This document shows positions 1 through 7,911 of a DNA stretch of 46,620 bases, piece after piece (the stretch's first letter is position 1; each line of letters opens with the position of its first letter). Under the pieces are notes generated by a model. The model was given only the letters and a program-made list of their open reading frames with translations. It had not been told where the DNA came from and made no database searches. The stretch lies in sequence record SRR20825019_215. One strand, given 5' to 3'. A program made the position numbers and the translations under genes.

Positions 1-776
1 TCGCCGAACTGGCCGAGCCAGACTTCGAAACCTACGACCTCTCCACCCTGCGCACCGGCATCATGGCCGGCTCCATCTGCCCGGCGGAGGTGATGAAAAA
101 GGTCAACGGCAAGATGAACATGAAAGAAGTGCAGATTGCCTACGGCATGACCGAAACCAGCCCCGTATCCACCCAGACCAGCTCCCTGGACCCGTTCGAG
201 AAACAGGTCACCACCGTGGGCCGCACCCAGCCACACCTGGAAACCAAAATCGTCGACCCCGGCAACGGCAACGTGGTCCCACGCGGCGAAATCGGCGAGC
301 TGTGCACCCGTGGCTACAGTGTGATGCTGAAGTACTGGAACAACGACGAGAAAACCCGCGAAGCCATCGATAGCGCCGGCTGGATGCACACCGGCGACCT
401 GGCCACCATGGACGAAGACGGCTACATCCAGATCGTCGGCCGCATCAAAGACATGGTCATCCGCGGCGGCGAGAACATCTACCCGAAAGAAATCGAGGAA
501 TTTCTCTACACCCACCCCGCCATCGAGGAAGTGCAGGTCACCGGCATCCCCGATGACAAATACGGCGAAGAACTCATCGCCTGGGTGAAACTGCGCCCGG
601 ACGCAGACCCGGTCACCGGCGACGAGCTGCGGGAATTCTGCAAAGGCAAAATCGCCCACTTCAAGATCCCCAGGAACTACAAGTTCGTGGATGAATTCCC
701 GATGACCGTCACCGGGAAGATCCAGAAGTTCAAGATGCGGGAGATTTCGATTGAGGAGATGGGGTTGAAGAAGTAA
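1..776 (+). CDS. AMP-binding acyl-CoA synthetase, C-terminal part (5' end outside the window)
   Basis: ANL-superfamily motifs [33 protein letters not shown] and [10 protein letters not shown]; the frame is open upstream of the tracked ATG at 63. Confidence 0.93.
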   Translation, partial: AELAEPDFETYDLSTLRTGIMAGSICPAEVMKKVNGKMNMKEVQIAYGMTETSPVSTQTSSLDPFEKQVTTVGRTQPHLETKIVDPGNGNVVPRGEIGELCTRGYSVMLKYWNNDEKTREAIDSAGWMHTGDLATMDEDGYIQIVGRIKDMVIRGGENIYPKEIEEFLYTHPAIEEVQVTGIPDDKYGEELIAWVKLRPDADPVTGDELREFCKGKIAHFKIPRNYKFVDEFPMTVTGKIQKFKMREISIEEMGLKK

Positions 777-805
777 CGCCCCTCCTCTTAATCCGCTCTT
801 ACCTC

Positions 806-836
806 AGACCCCAGCCATGTGCTGGGGTTTGTGCTT
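806..836 (+). terminator. Probable Rho-independent terminator
   Basis: Hairpin ACCCCAGC-catgt-GCTGGGGT followed by a T-rich tail, 30 bp after the stop codon. Confidence 0.75.
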
Positions 837-895
837 TGTGTACTCTGCGTATACGCTTTTGGAGAAGCTGGAATCATGCGGGGGCTGTGGCACTC

Positions 896-1175
896 TGGAG
901 TTATACGAACCGGTTCGCAAAACTTCGAACAAACAGGGAACAATCGCCTAACCATTTGATATTATTGAAGCTGAACCTGAGCAGTTTGGAGTTATACGCC
1001 CCTGTTCGGGGGGGATGTTACAAGACAAGGAGGGCGTATAACTCCGGCGGCAGCCGTTTCGGACTCTGATTAATATTTGATTTTAAATAGTTTTCTGTCT
1101 TAGTAGGGGACGGCTAGAATTGGAATTATACGAATGCATGCTATGCGAACGCGTTCGTGTAACACGCTGTTAGTT
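896..1175 (+). promoter_or_regulatory. attI-like integron recombination platform with repeated GTTATACG boxes and IHF-like sites
   Basis: TGGAGTTATACG at 896 and 987, TGGAATTATACG at 1121; perfect 14-bp inverted repeat 988-1001/1032-1045; terminal simple site GTGTAAC-acgct-GTTAGTT (1157-1175). Confidence 0.6.
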
Positions 1176-1188
1176 GTTGAGGAGTTGC

Positions 1189-1584
1189 ATGGCTTCATTA
1201 GAGCAGAATCACGAAGAGTGGGAGCGAATTCGGACAAGAGCTGACTCCCTAGCAAATGCAGTATTTCTTATCGCAGGCGGTGCTCTCTCGCTCTCGATTA
1301 GCATAATGGTGTCGGCTAAAAGTTCTGGCGTAGTTTCAGAGGATGCATCAGCAGAAGCCACAACCGGATGGTACTACCTCTTAGTTGCTATCGTTCTTTT
1401 TGTCGTTCTCAAGTTTCACATGATTGGGCAGGCGTTTTTGCTTCACGCGAAAACTGAGTTTGCCGATAAATACAATAAGTGGCTCAATCGTTTAGGCTGG
1501 GCTTGGGGGTTTGCTGGTTTTGGTACATTCGTACTGGGCTTGGCAACATTGGTCAGCGCTGCATCCATGGTCGTCAACAACTAA
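1189..1584 (+). CDS. Hypothetical membrane protein (about 3 TM helices), first cassette-like gene
   Basis: GAGGAG RBS before ATG 1189; three hydrophobic segments; stop codon lies inside AACTAAC. Confidence 0.75.
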   Translation: MASLEQNHEEWERIRTRADSLANAVFLIAGGALSLSISIMVSAKSSGVVSEDASAEATTGWYYLLVAIVLFVVLKFHMIGQAFLLHAKTEFADKYNKWLNRLGWAWGFAGFGTFVLGLATLVSAASMVVNN

Positions 1585-1647
1585 CAATGCAATCAAATTC
1601 GTTCCGGCCTTTGGCCTCCACCGGACGCCCCTGTGGGGGCGTTATTT
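1579..1647 (+). mobile_element. Truncated or degenerate attC site
   Basis: R'' AACTAAC (exact complement of GTTAGTT at 1169), 5-bp spacer, L''-like AATCAAAT, internal hairpins (TCCGG...CCGGA, GGCC-ttt-GGCC, GCCCC...GGGGC), ends GCGTTATTT; no intact L' box. Confidence 0.65.
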
Positions 1648-1674
1648 TAATAAAACTCATGAAAGGGATCTTCA

Positions 1675-2733
1675 ATGAATCATAAAGTATTTCTTATAAT
1701 TTTATCTACAATATTGGCTTTACCATTATCCGGCTGCAATGAGAATTCGACAGACGTACCTGTAAAAGCACCTGTAGAAGGTGTAGATTTATGCCCAGAT
1801 TTTGATAATAAACCAATCAACACTATCGGTGAAGCTGCTATCAGCTATGAAGTTGGGCCTATCATAGCTCTTTGTAATGGCTGGCTGTTAGTTTCAAACA
1901 AAACTAAAAATACAATTGAAAAGCGCAATATTTTTACCAATGAGATTGATTCAACATACCAACTTTCAGCTGAGCCATATGAATTTGCATTAGACTCAAG
2001 CCTTGGATCTTTATTTGTAACTCACGGGCCAAGTACATTTATCAGCCGAATTTCTCTTTCAACTGGAGACATATCAGAACTCCCTGTAGAGACGGGCGCA
2101 CAGAGTGTTGCAACCAGTAACGATGGAAAAGTATTTGTAAATCGAAACTCCGGATCCACGATTGATATAATTAATGGCAGGAATCTATCAATATTAAATA
2201 GTATATCTGGCATTAAAGGAGTTTATTTACATTACAACGATACTACAGATAGATTAATAAATAGTTCAAGTAATTTCTATTTCGACGACGAATCTAATAA
2301 TCTAACTTTACAGGGCGCATCCAATGGTGGCGGAAGTGGGAGTGATTGCAATCGTGTTGTAGTCTCACCCGATGGAGATCATGCAGCAAAACCTTGCGGT
2401 GGTGGCAGCGGTGTCGGCTACTCAGTTTACAACTTTTATTCACATGACCCGTCTGTTGTCTTCGGAGAATGGCAAACTGGTGCTTATCCAAGCGGAGCAG
2501 CATTTGGCCCAAGCAACTTTTATATCTTACTGACTAACCGTTTTGATATTCAACTATTTGACGTTGATACTCATGCTCTTATTATTAGTTATCCTGTTTC
2601 AAGTTGTAGCTACGGTGACACCAGAAGACTAGCTATATCTAGAGATGGTCAATCGCTGTATTCCGTTACTAACTGCGGCTTTGATGATGAAAGTGCAATT
2701 ATTAAGTGGTCTTTATACGATACAACGCGATAG
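1675..2733 (+). CDS. Putative lipoprotein, YncE-like beta-propeller
   Basis: Signal peptide with LSGC lipobox; repeated blade-like motifs (VVSPDG, AISRDG, ATSNDG); visibly AT-rich DNA. Confidence 0.75.
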   Translation: MNHKVFLIILSTILALPLSGCNENSTDVPVKAPVEGVDLCPDFDNKPINTIGEAAISYEVGPIIALCNGWLLVSNKTKNTIEKRNIFTNEIDSTYQLSAEPYEFALDSSLGSLFVTHGPSTFISRISLSTGDISELPVETGAQSVATSNDGKVFVNRNSGSTIDIINGRNLSILNSISGIKGVYLHYNDTTDRLINSSSNFYFDDESNNLTLQGASNGGGSGSDCNRVVVSPDGDHAAKPCGGGSGVGYSVYNFYSHDPSVVFGEWQTGAYPSGAAFGPSNFYILLTNRFDIQLFDVDTHALIISYPVSSCSYGDTRRLAISRDGQSLYSVTNCGFDDESAIIKWSLYDTTR

Positions 2734-2908
2734 TCATAACACATATGAGCCTTCTCTGAATCAATAAGCAATAGTCATTTTTTCGGCCGCGTCAGCGGCC
2801 AACCTAAATCCGTAATCCGGAACCTCTGCTTCGTCAGTCTCGCGGGGCGGTCAAAAAAATCTGGAAAGAATTATTTTCTGCGTTGCGCGCTAAGGACTAG
2901 TTGAGGGC

Positions 2909-3439
2909 ATGGCATCTGGGGTCGGCAATAAGTTAACAGGGCAAGTCGGAGAGCATCTGGTATCAGCGGTCTTGGGTACACTAGGTTACTACGCCTCTCC
3001 ATACTCTGGAAATGTCCCAGGATTTGACGTCACCGCTGTCCACTCCGAATCTCTCGAATCCTTTCCCGTTCAGGTAAAAACCAGTACCAAGGGTGCTCTG
3101 GTTCAATCCACAATCGACAAATGGTGCGATCACAGTATTGATGACGAAAACCGTCAGTCGATCGGTACCGAGAAAGCGCCAAAACATCCGAACTTGATCT
3201 GGATTTTGGTACGGTTGAGTAATGCAGGTATAAGTGAGGCTAGATTCTTCATCTGCACTGAGGCGGATATACAAAGAAAGATTGTCGCGCGATACTTAGC
3301 CTTTATGGAGAAACATGACTATCGTCGGCCTGGGGGCGGGGCTTCACCCCAAGCCATTCTCAACATCAAAGACGTTGCGGAGTTTGAGGACAATTGGGGA
3401 ATTTTGCCAAATTATCAAGCTGCTGATGACCTCGGATAA
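2909..3439 (+). CDS. PD-(D/E)XK nuclease-fold protein
   Basis: GE-x-LV helix, then FDV, then VQVKT catalytic pattern; GAGG RBS. Confidence 0.7.
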   Translation: MASGVGNKLTGQVGEHLVSAVLGTLGYYASPYSGNVPGFDVTAVHSESLESFPVQVKTSTKGALVQSTIDKWCDHSIDDENRQSIGTEKAPKHPNLIWILVRLSNAGISEARFFICTEADIQRKIVARYLAFMEKHDYRRPGGGASPQAILNIKDVAEFEDNWGILPNYQAADDLG

Positions 3440-3491
3440 TCGAGTGATCTATGCCAAAAACCTCCAACGTCGCCAAGTCAAGGACAGACGC

Positions 3492-4016
3492 GTGGTCATA
3501 ACTGAAACACCCAGATTGTTACTACGTGAGTTTTCATCGGAAGATGTTGGCGCACTCGCGGAGATTCTTGGTGATCCAAAGGTAATGGAGTTTTCCACCA
3601 ATGGGCCCTGCACCGAGGAAGATACCCGGCAGTTTATCGGCTGGTGCCTGGACTCTTACCGGGATCATGGTTTTGGTCAGTGGGCTGTTGTTGATCGTCT
3701 TTCCGGGGCGATTATTGGGTTTTGCGGGTTGAGCCACGTAGAGCTTGATGGCGCTCAGGAAATAGAGATCGGCTATCGCCTTGTACCAACCGTATGGGGG
3801 CAAGGCTTGGCGTCAGAAGCTGCGGGGGCGGCGTTGGAGTATGGCTTCTCGCACTGTGGCATTGACTCGATCATAGCGATCATCGCAGCCCAGCACGTCG
3901 TTTCTGCTGGTGTGGCGGAGAAGGTGGGGTTCAGAATTGATACCCGCACCAAATACCGTGGCTGGGACGTTCTCATCTACCGCAAACGCCGTGCGGTGAC
4001 TACAGGAGCCGCATAG
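3492..4016 (+). CDS. GNAT N-acetyltransferase, RimJ/RimL family
   Basis: ETPRLLLR, EIGYRL, WGQGLASEAA and AEKVGF motifs; GTG start after AGGA (alternative ATG at 3426). Confidence 0.85.
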   Translation: MVITETPRLLLREFSSEDVGALAEILGDPKVMEFSTNGPCTEEDTRQFIGWCLDSYRDHGFGQWAVVDRLSGAIIGFCGLSHVELDGAQEIEIGYRLVPTVWGQGLASEAAGAALEYGFSHCGIDSIIAIIAAQHVVSAGVAEKVGFRIDTRTKYRGWDVLIYRKRRAVTTGAA

Positions 4017-4061
4017 CCTTAGCAAACTCACTGGCCACTAAATCGCTAATGGAGAGCATGG

Positions 4062-4430
4062 ATGCAATTTCAAACCATCCCGATAATCCGAATTTTTGAT
4101 GAGGCAAAGGCCAGGGAATTTTATCTGGAGTTCCTCGGCATGTCGGTCGACTGGGAGCACCGCTTCGAGGAAGGCTTCCCCCTCTATATGCAGGTTTCCA
4201 GAGGTGGCCTTGTCTTTCACCTCAGCGAGCACTCAGGGGACTGCACGCCCGGCTCCAAAACGTTCGTGAATACGGATGATCTCGAGGACCTGTACGATGA
4301 AATAACCTCGCGTGGCTACCGCTACAGTCGCCCGGAAATTACCACAGCCCCATGGGGCGACAGGATATTCGAGGTGGTGGACCCGTTTTCAAACAGAATT
4401 CTGTTTAATGAGCGCACGTCTACCACATAA
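4062..4430 (+). CDS. Glyoxalase/bleomycin-resistance (VOC) family protein
   Basis: IPIIRIFDEAKAREFY, LSEHSGD and PWG...VVDPFSNRILF motifs. Confidence 0.88.
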   Translation: MQFQTIPIIRIFDEAKAREFYLEFLGMSVDWEHRFEEGFPLYMQVSRGGLVFHLSEHSGDCTPGSKTFVNTDDLEDLYDEITSRGYRYSRPEITTAPWGDRIFEVVDPFSNRILFNERTSTT

Positions 4431-4496
4431 CCATGACGCGCCTGAGAAGACCGGGACAGGTTTATTTTACTACCGCATCGAAAAGAATCGCTCGAT

Positions 4497-4524
4497 TGTC
4501 GAAAACCGCGATGCCCAGTCGACT
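4497..4524 (+). promoter_or_regulatory. Putative ECF42-type promoter TGTCGA-N17-CGACT
   Basis: Same motif and spacing at 10716 and 13910; lies upstream of a DGPF/YciI gene. Confidence 0.7.
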
Positions 4525-4577
4525 ACCAGATAAGCCTATAAACGGTTTTCGATGAAACAACGATCGGGAGAAACACC

Positions 4578-4970
4578 ATGAAATACATGCTGCTGGCCTA
4601 CGGAAACGAAGAAAAGTTCAACCAGATGAGCAAAGACGAGCTGGCCGAGGTAGGGGAGAAGTGCAAGAGCTTTGACGCCGAGATGCAGGCGGCGGGCGAG
4701 GTCACATGGGGCGGGAGCCTGAGCTGGGACTCAAAGTCGATGCGCCTCAAGGACGGCAAACTGATAGTCACCGACGGGCCCTTCGCGGAAACCAAGGAGG
4801 TCGTGGGCGGCGTTGTGATCATCGAAGCGCCGGACTTCGACGCAGCGGTGAAGCTTGCCTCTCTGCACCCGGCAGCGCGCATGGGCGAGGAACTGGGCTG
4901 GGGCATCGAGCTCCGTCCGATAGACTACTGCCCCGCGATCCGCGAAGCGGAGGCTGCGTGCATCAGTTAG
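4578..4970 (+). CDS. YciI/DGPF-family protein
   Basis: MKYMLL start, TDGPFAETKE signature, IELRP. Confidence 0.9.
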   Translation: MKYMLLAYGNEEKFNQMSKDELAEVGEKCKSFDAEMQAAGEVTWGGSLSWDSKSMRLKDGKLIVTDGPFAETKEVVGGVVIIEAPDFDAAVKLASLHPAARMGEELGWGIELRPIDYCPAIREAEAACIS

Positions 4971-5443
4971 CAACCCAATGGATTGTGGGGTTACTTAGAG
5001 ATAGGAAGATCCCCTTTCTGATCTGCGGAGGACTGGCCGCAAAAGGATATGGCTCTGGGCGTGATCTGAATGACATCGACCTTTTCGTCCCTGGTGAGCA
5101 CTTTTCGTCAGTGGTTCAAGCCGGCCAGGAGTTTATATCCAAAGCCGCAGCTCACCGGCAGGAAGAAGGCTGGGATTTAACCTACGTGCAGTTCAAATAT
5201 GAAGGTATCAAGGTCGAGGTAGGGAGCGCTGACGGTGCGAAAATCCTCGATGCAGGCAGCGGGGCCTGGGTTCCACTCGACATAGATTTTTCTCGCTACG
5301 CGACCTTACCTTTGCTGGATCTTGAGCTTCCCCTTATGCTGAAAGACGATCTGGTCCAGTATAAATCTGCGCTATCACGTCCAGTGGATCTCGAGGATAT
5401 TCGCGCCATATGTGAATTAGAGGGAACTTCAAATGACTATTGA
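4958..5443 (+). CDS. Nucleotidyltransferase-fold protein (MazG-related annotation class)
   Basis: GGLAA..YG..R...DIDL motif and C-terminal K...R..D..D; GTG start after GGAGG. Confidence 0.72.
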   Translation: MHQLATQWIVGLLRDRKIPFLICGGLAAKGYGSGRDLNDIDLFVPGEHFSSVVQAGQEFISKAAAHRQEEGWDLTYVQFKYEGIKVEVGSADGAKILDAGSGAWVPLDIDFSRYATLPLLDLELPLMLKDDLVQYKSALSRPVDLEDIRAICELEGTSNDY

Positions 5444-6056
5444 AACATGGGCTCTGTATGTTGGTACCGTACTTCTGTTCATGTGTACACCGGGGCCAAG
5501 CCATCTGCTCATGCTTTCTGTAAGCACGTCGAATGGGTTTAAGAGGTCGCTTGCCACGGCCGCAGGTGACTTAACAGCGAATGCTATTCAAATAGTCTTG
5601 GCGGGGCTTGGTTTGGCGGCGGCTTTGAACGCTTCCAAATACGGGTTCACCATTATCAAATGGCTCGGCGTGAGCTACTTGGTCTGGTTAGGTACTCGCC
5701 AGATCATTAACTCTTTCAAAGCGCATGGTTCAGCGACACCTGCCAAGAGGGCATCTTTGAAAGCTCTATGGGCTCGTGGTTTCATCACATCCGCTGCCAA
5801 TCCCAAGGCAGTTGTATTCTTTGCCGCCCTGTTCCCACAATTTTTAAACTCTACTCATAGCCTGTTCCCGCAAATTCTCGTGTTGGGCTTTACCTACATC
5901 GTGATCGACGGGATATTTCTCAGCGCTTACGGTAAAGGCGGGAGCTGGCTGGCGACCAAGCTGAGCAACAAAACACAGGCATGGGTCGAGAGAGCTTCAG
6001 GGGCGGGAATGATTGGTGCAGCACTCTTACTTGGGCTCAAGTCCCAACGCTCGTAG
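5433..6056 (+). CDS. LysE/RhtB family translocator
   Basis: TPGPS, IKWLGVSYLVWLG and NPKAVVFFAALFPQF motifs. Confidence 0.92.
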   Translation: MTIETWALYVGTVLLFMCTPGPSHLLMLSVSTSNGFKRSLATAAGDLTANAIQIVLAGLGLAAALNASKYGFTIIKWLGVSYLVWLGTRQIINSFKAHGSATPAKRASLKALWARGFITSAANPKAVVFFAALFPQFLNSTHSLFPQILVLGFTYIVIDGIFLSAYGKGGSWLATKLSNKTQAWVERASGAGMIGAALLLGLKSQRS

Positions 6057-6095
6057 TTTCTAACGCTCGTCGTCAGGAGTAAGGCTCATCCAGTT

Positions 6096-6417
6096 ATGGC
6101 AGAATTATTGGAATTTCAAACCGAACGACGACGTTTGCGCCAATGGCGCGATAGTGATCTCGAGCCGTTCGCCGCTCTAAACGCAAACCCAAAGGTTATG
6201 GAGTTCTTCCCCGAGCCGCTGAGTAGGCAAGCAAGCAACGAGATGGGGGAGACAATTCGTTCGCTCATCAAGCAGCGCGGTTGGGAGTTCTGGGCGGTAG
6301 AGGTCAAAGGCCCCGAGCCCTTTATTGGTTTTTGCGGCCTACACGTCCCCGTTGCGGCCACATGTGCTGTACCGGTTGCAACGAGAGCAGTGGGAAATAG
6401 AGAAGCCTAACCATTAG
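6096..6417 (+). pseudogene. RimJ/RimL GNAT with an internal deletion and frameshift
   Basis: N-terminal half runs to FIGFCGL; the acetyl-CoA motif is missing; the family C-terminus PLRPHVLYRLQREQW is in another frame (6349-6417). Confidence 0.8.
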
Positions 6418-6452
6418 CCCCAGTTTGTACTGGACTTACCCTGGAGCACTCC

Positions 6453-6770
6453 ATGTCAGAAATCGCCAACACCCCCACTCCCCCCTACTACGCCGTCATT
6501 TTCACCAGCCACCGTACCGAGGGCGACAACGGCTACGGCGAAATGGCCGAGCGAATGGCTGAATTGGCGGCACAACAACCCGGCTACCTGGGTATGGAAT
6601 CCGCCCGGGAGGGTCTGGGCATGACGGTGTCCTACTGGGAAAGCCTCGAGGCTATTCGCAACTGGAAGCAGAACGCGGAGCATCAGGAGGCCCAGCGGCT
6701 CGGCCATCAGCAATGGTATTCCAGTTTCCGGGTGCGGATTGCGAAGGTTGAGCGGGAGTACGGTATTTGA
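6453..6770 (+). CDS. Antibiotic biosynthesis monooxygenase (ABM) family protein
   Basis: PPYYAVIFTS, QPGYLG, VSYWESLEAI and H..AQ..G...WY motifs. Confidence 0.9.
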   Translation: MSEIANTPTPPYYAVIFTSHRTEGDNGYGEMAERMAELAAQQPGYLGMESAREGLGMTVSYWESLEAIRNWKQNAEHQEAQRLGHQQWYSSFRVRIAKVEREYGI

Positions 6771-6782
6771 CCGGCAACCCCC

Positions 6783-7715
6783 TCATACACCACTCTCAAT
6801 CGCCACGCTGGAACGCATCACGGCCTTGTCCCGCCCCGGTGGTGCGCCAAACAGTTTGCGGTAATCGCGGCTGAACTGGGACGGGCTTTCATAGCCAACC
6901 CGGTAGCCAACACTCGCCACTTCCTGATCGCTTAACAACAGCCGCCGGGCTTCCTGCAGGCGCACCAGTTTCTGGAATTGCACGGGCGTTAAACGGGTGA
7001 TGCTCTTGAAGTGCCGGTGGAAGGTCGCCGGGCTCATACTCGCCATTGCCGCCAGCTCGGCCACCCGGAAGGGCTGTTGGTAGTTCGCCTGCATCCAGGC
7101 CGTTACCCGGCCAATGCGGGCGGTGTCGCTGTCCTTCAGGCCGATCTGCTGCAGGGCCGGCCCCAGCGGCGAACGCAATATACGCCAACAGATTTCCCGA
7201 CGGACAAGCGGCTCCAGAACTTCATGGTCATCCGGTTGATCAAGCAACCGGAGCAGGCGAATGACAGGATCGTACAGGTCATCCGGCATCCCGGCCGTGA
7301 CCAGTGCCGGTTGTTTTGGGCCCCGATACGCCATTTCCGGATGGGTCACCAGCAGCTCGGAAATCATCGCCGGATCAATCGACAGGCTCAGCGCCAGATA
7401 CGGCTTATCGGGGGAGGCCTGCACGATCCGGGAGTTCACTGGCACATTGACGGACGCCAGCAGGCACTCGCCCTGGCGATAATGAAAAGCCGACTCCCCA
7501 ACCGCCGTTACCTTGGCCCCCTGCAATACGATGCAGAACGAGGTCTGATAAAGAGCCCGGATGGTGCCGCTGGGTTCCAGGGCGCGGGTCAGGCGTAAAC
7601 CGTCTATCGCGCTCTCCGGGCCATGGGTCTGCCATTGTTGCTCGACAAGATCACGGAGCCGGCTCAGGGATGGGTTGTCCGGTTGCATTGGTATGACGTT
7701 GGGCTGGGCGGTCAT
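6783..7715 (-). CDS. AraC family transcriptional regulator
   Basis: IVLQGAK N-terminal domain and C-terminal VGYESPSQFSRDYRKLFG; AGGAG RBS before 7715; divergent from the AKR gene. Confidence 0.92.
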   Translation of the reverse strand: MTAQPNVIPMQPDNPSLSRLRDLVEQQWQTHGPESAIDGLRLTRALEPSGTIRALYQTSFCIVLQGAKVTAVGESAFHYRQGECLLASVNVPVNSRIVQASPDKPYLALSLSIDPAMISELLVTHPEMAYRGPKQPALVTAGMPDDLYDPVIRLLRLLDQPDDHEVLEPLVRREICWRILRSPLGPALQQIGLKDSDTARIGRVTAWMQANYQQPFRVAELAAMASMSPATFHRHFKSITRLTPVQFQKLVRLQEARRLLLSDQEVASVGYRVGYESPSQFSRDYRKLFGAPPGRDKAVMRSSVAIESGV

Positions 7716-7911
7716 GGTGATCTCCTGTTCTGATGGGATCATAGACTGTCCGGCGCCGAACTTCAGCAGGGGCATCCCCAGGCTGATATCAGGTTGCGAG
7801 GATTGTGCAATCCTCTGAGAGTTTCCGCCAGCTCGATTGGCCGTGCGTCGCCTAGTATGAACCCACGGCCCTGCTCCGGCAGGTTCATCCATAACGAAAA
7901 GGTGATCGGCT

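Noticed and set aside
836-1069. 77-aa ORF over the attI-like region; also searched here for an intI remnant and a LexA box
   Set aside because: TTG start inside the terminator tail, no RBS, no recognisable motifs. No tyrosine-recombinase residues or CTGT-N8-ACAG box were found.
896-1163. Possible CRISPR array from the repeated GGAGTTATACG words
   Set aside because: Repeats are too short, mixed in orientation and irregularly spaced, and no cas genes are present.
3315-3491. N-terminal extension of the GNAT ORF
   Set aside because: It overlaps the nuclease gene; the family domain and RBS begin near 3492.
4706-4957. N-terminal extension of the 245-aa ORF
   Set aside because: Out-of-frame shadow of the YciI gene; the real start is probably GTG 4958.
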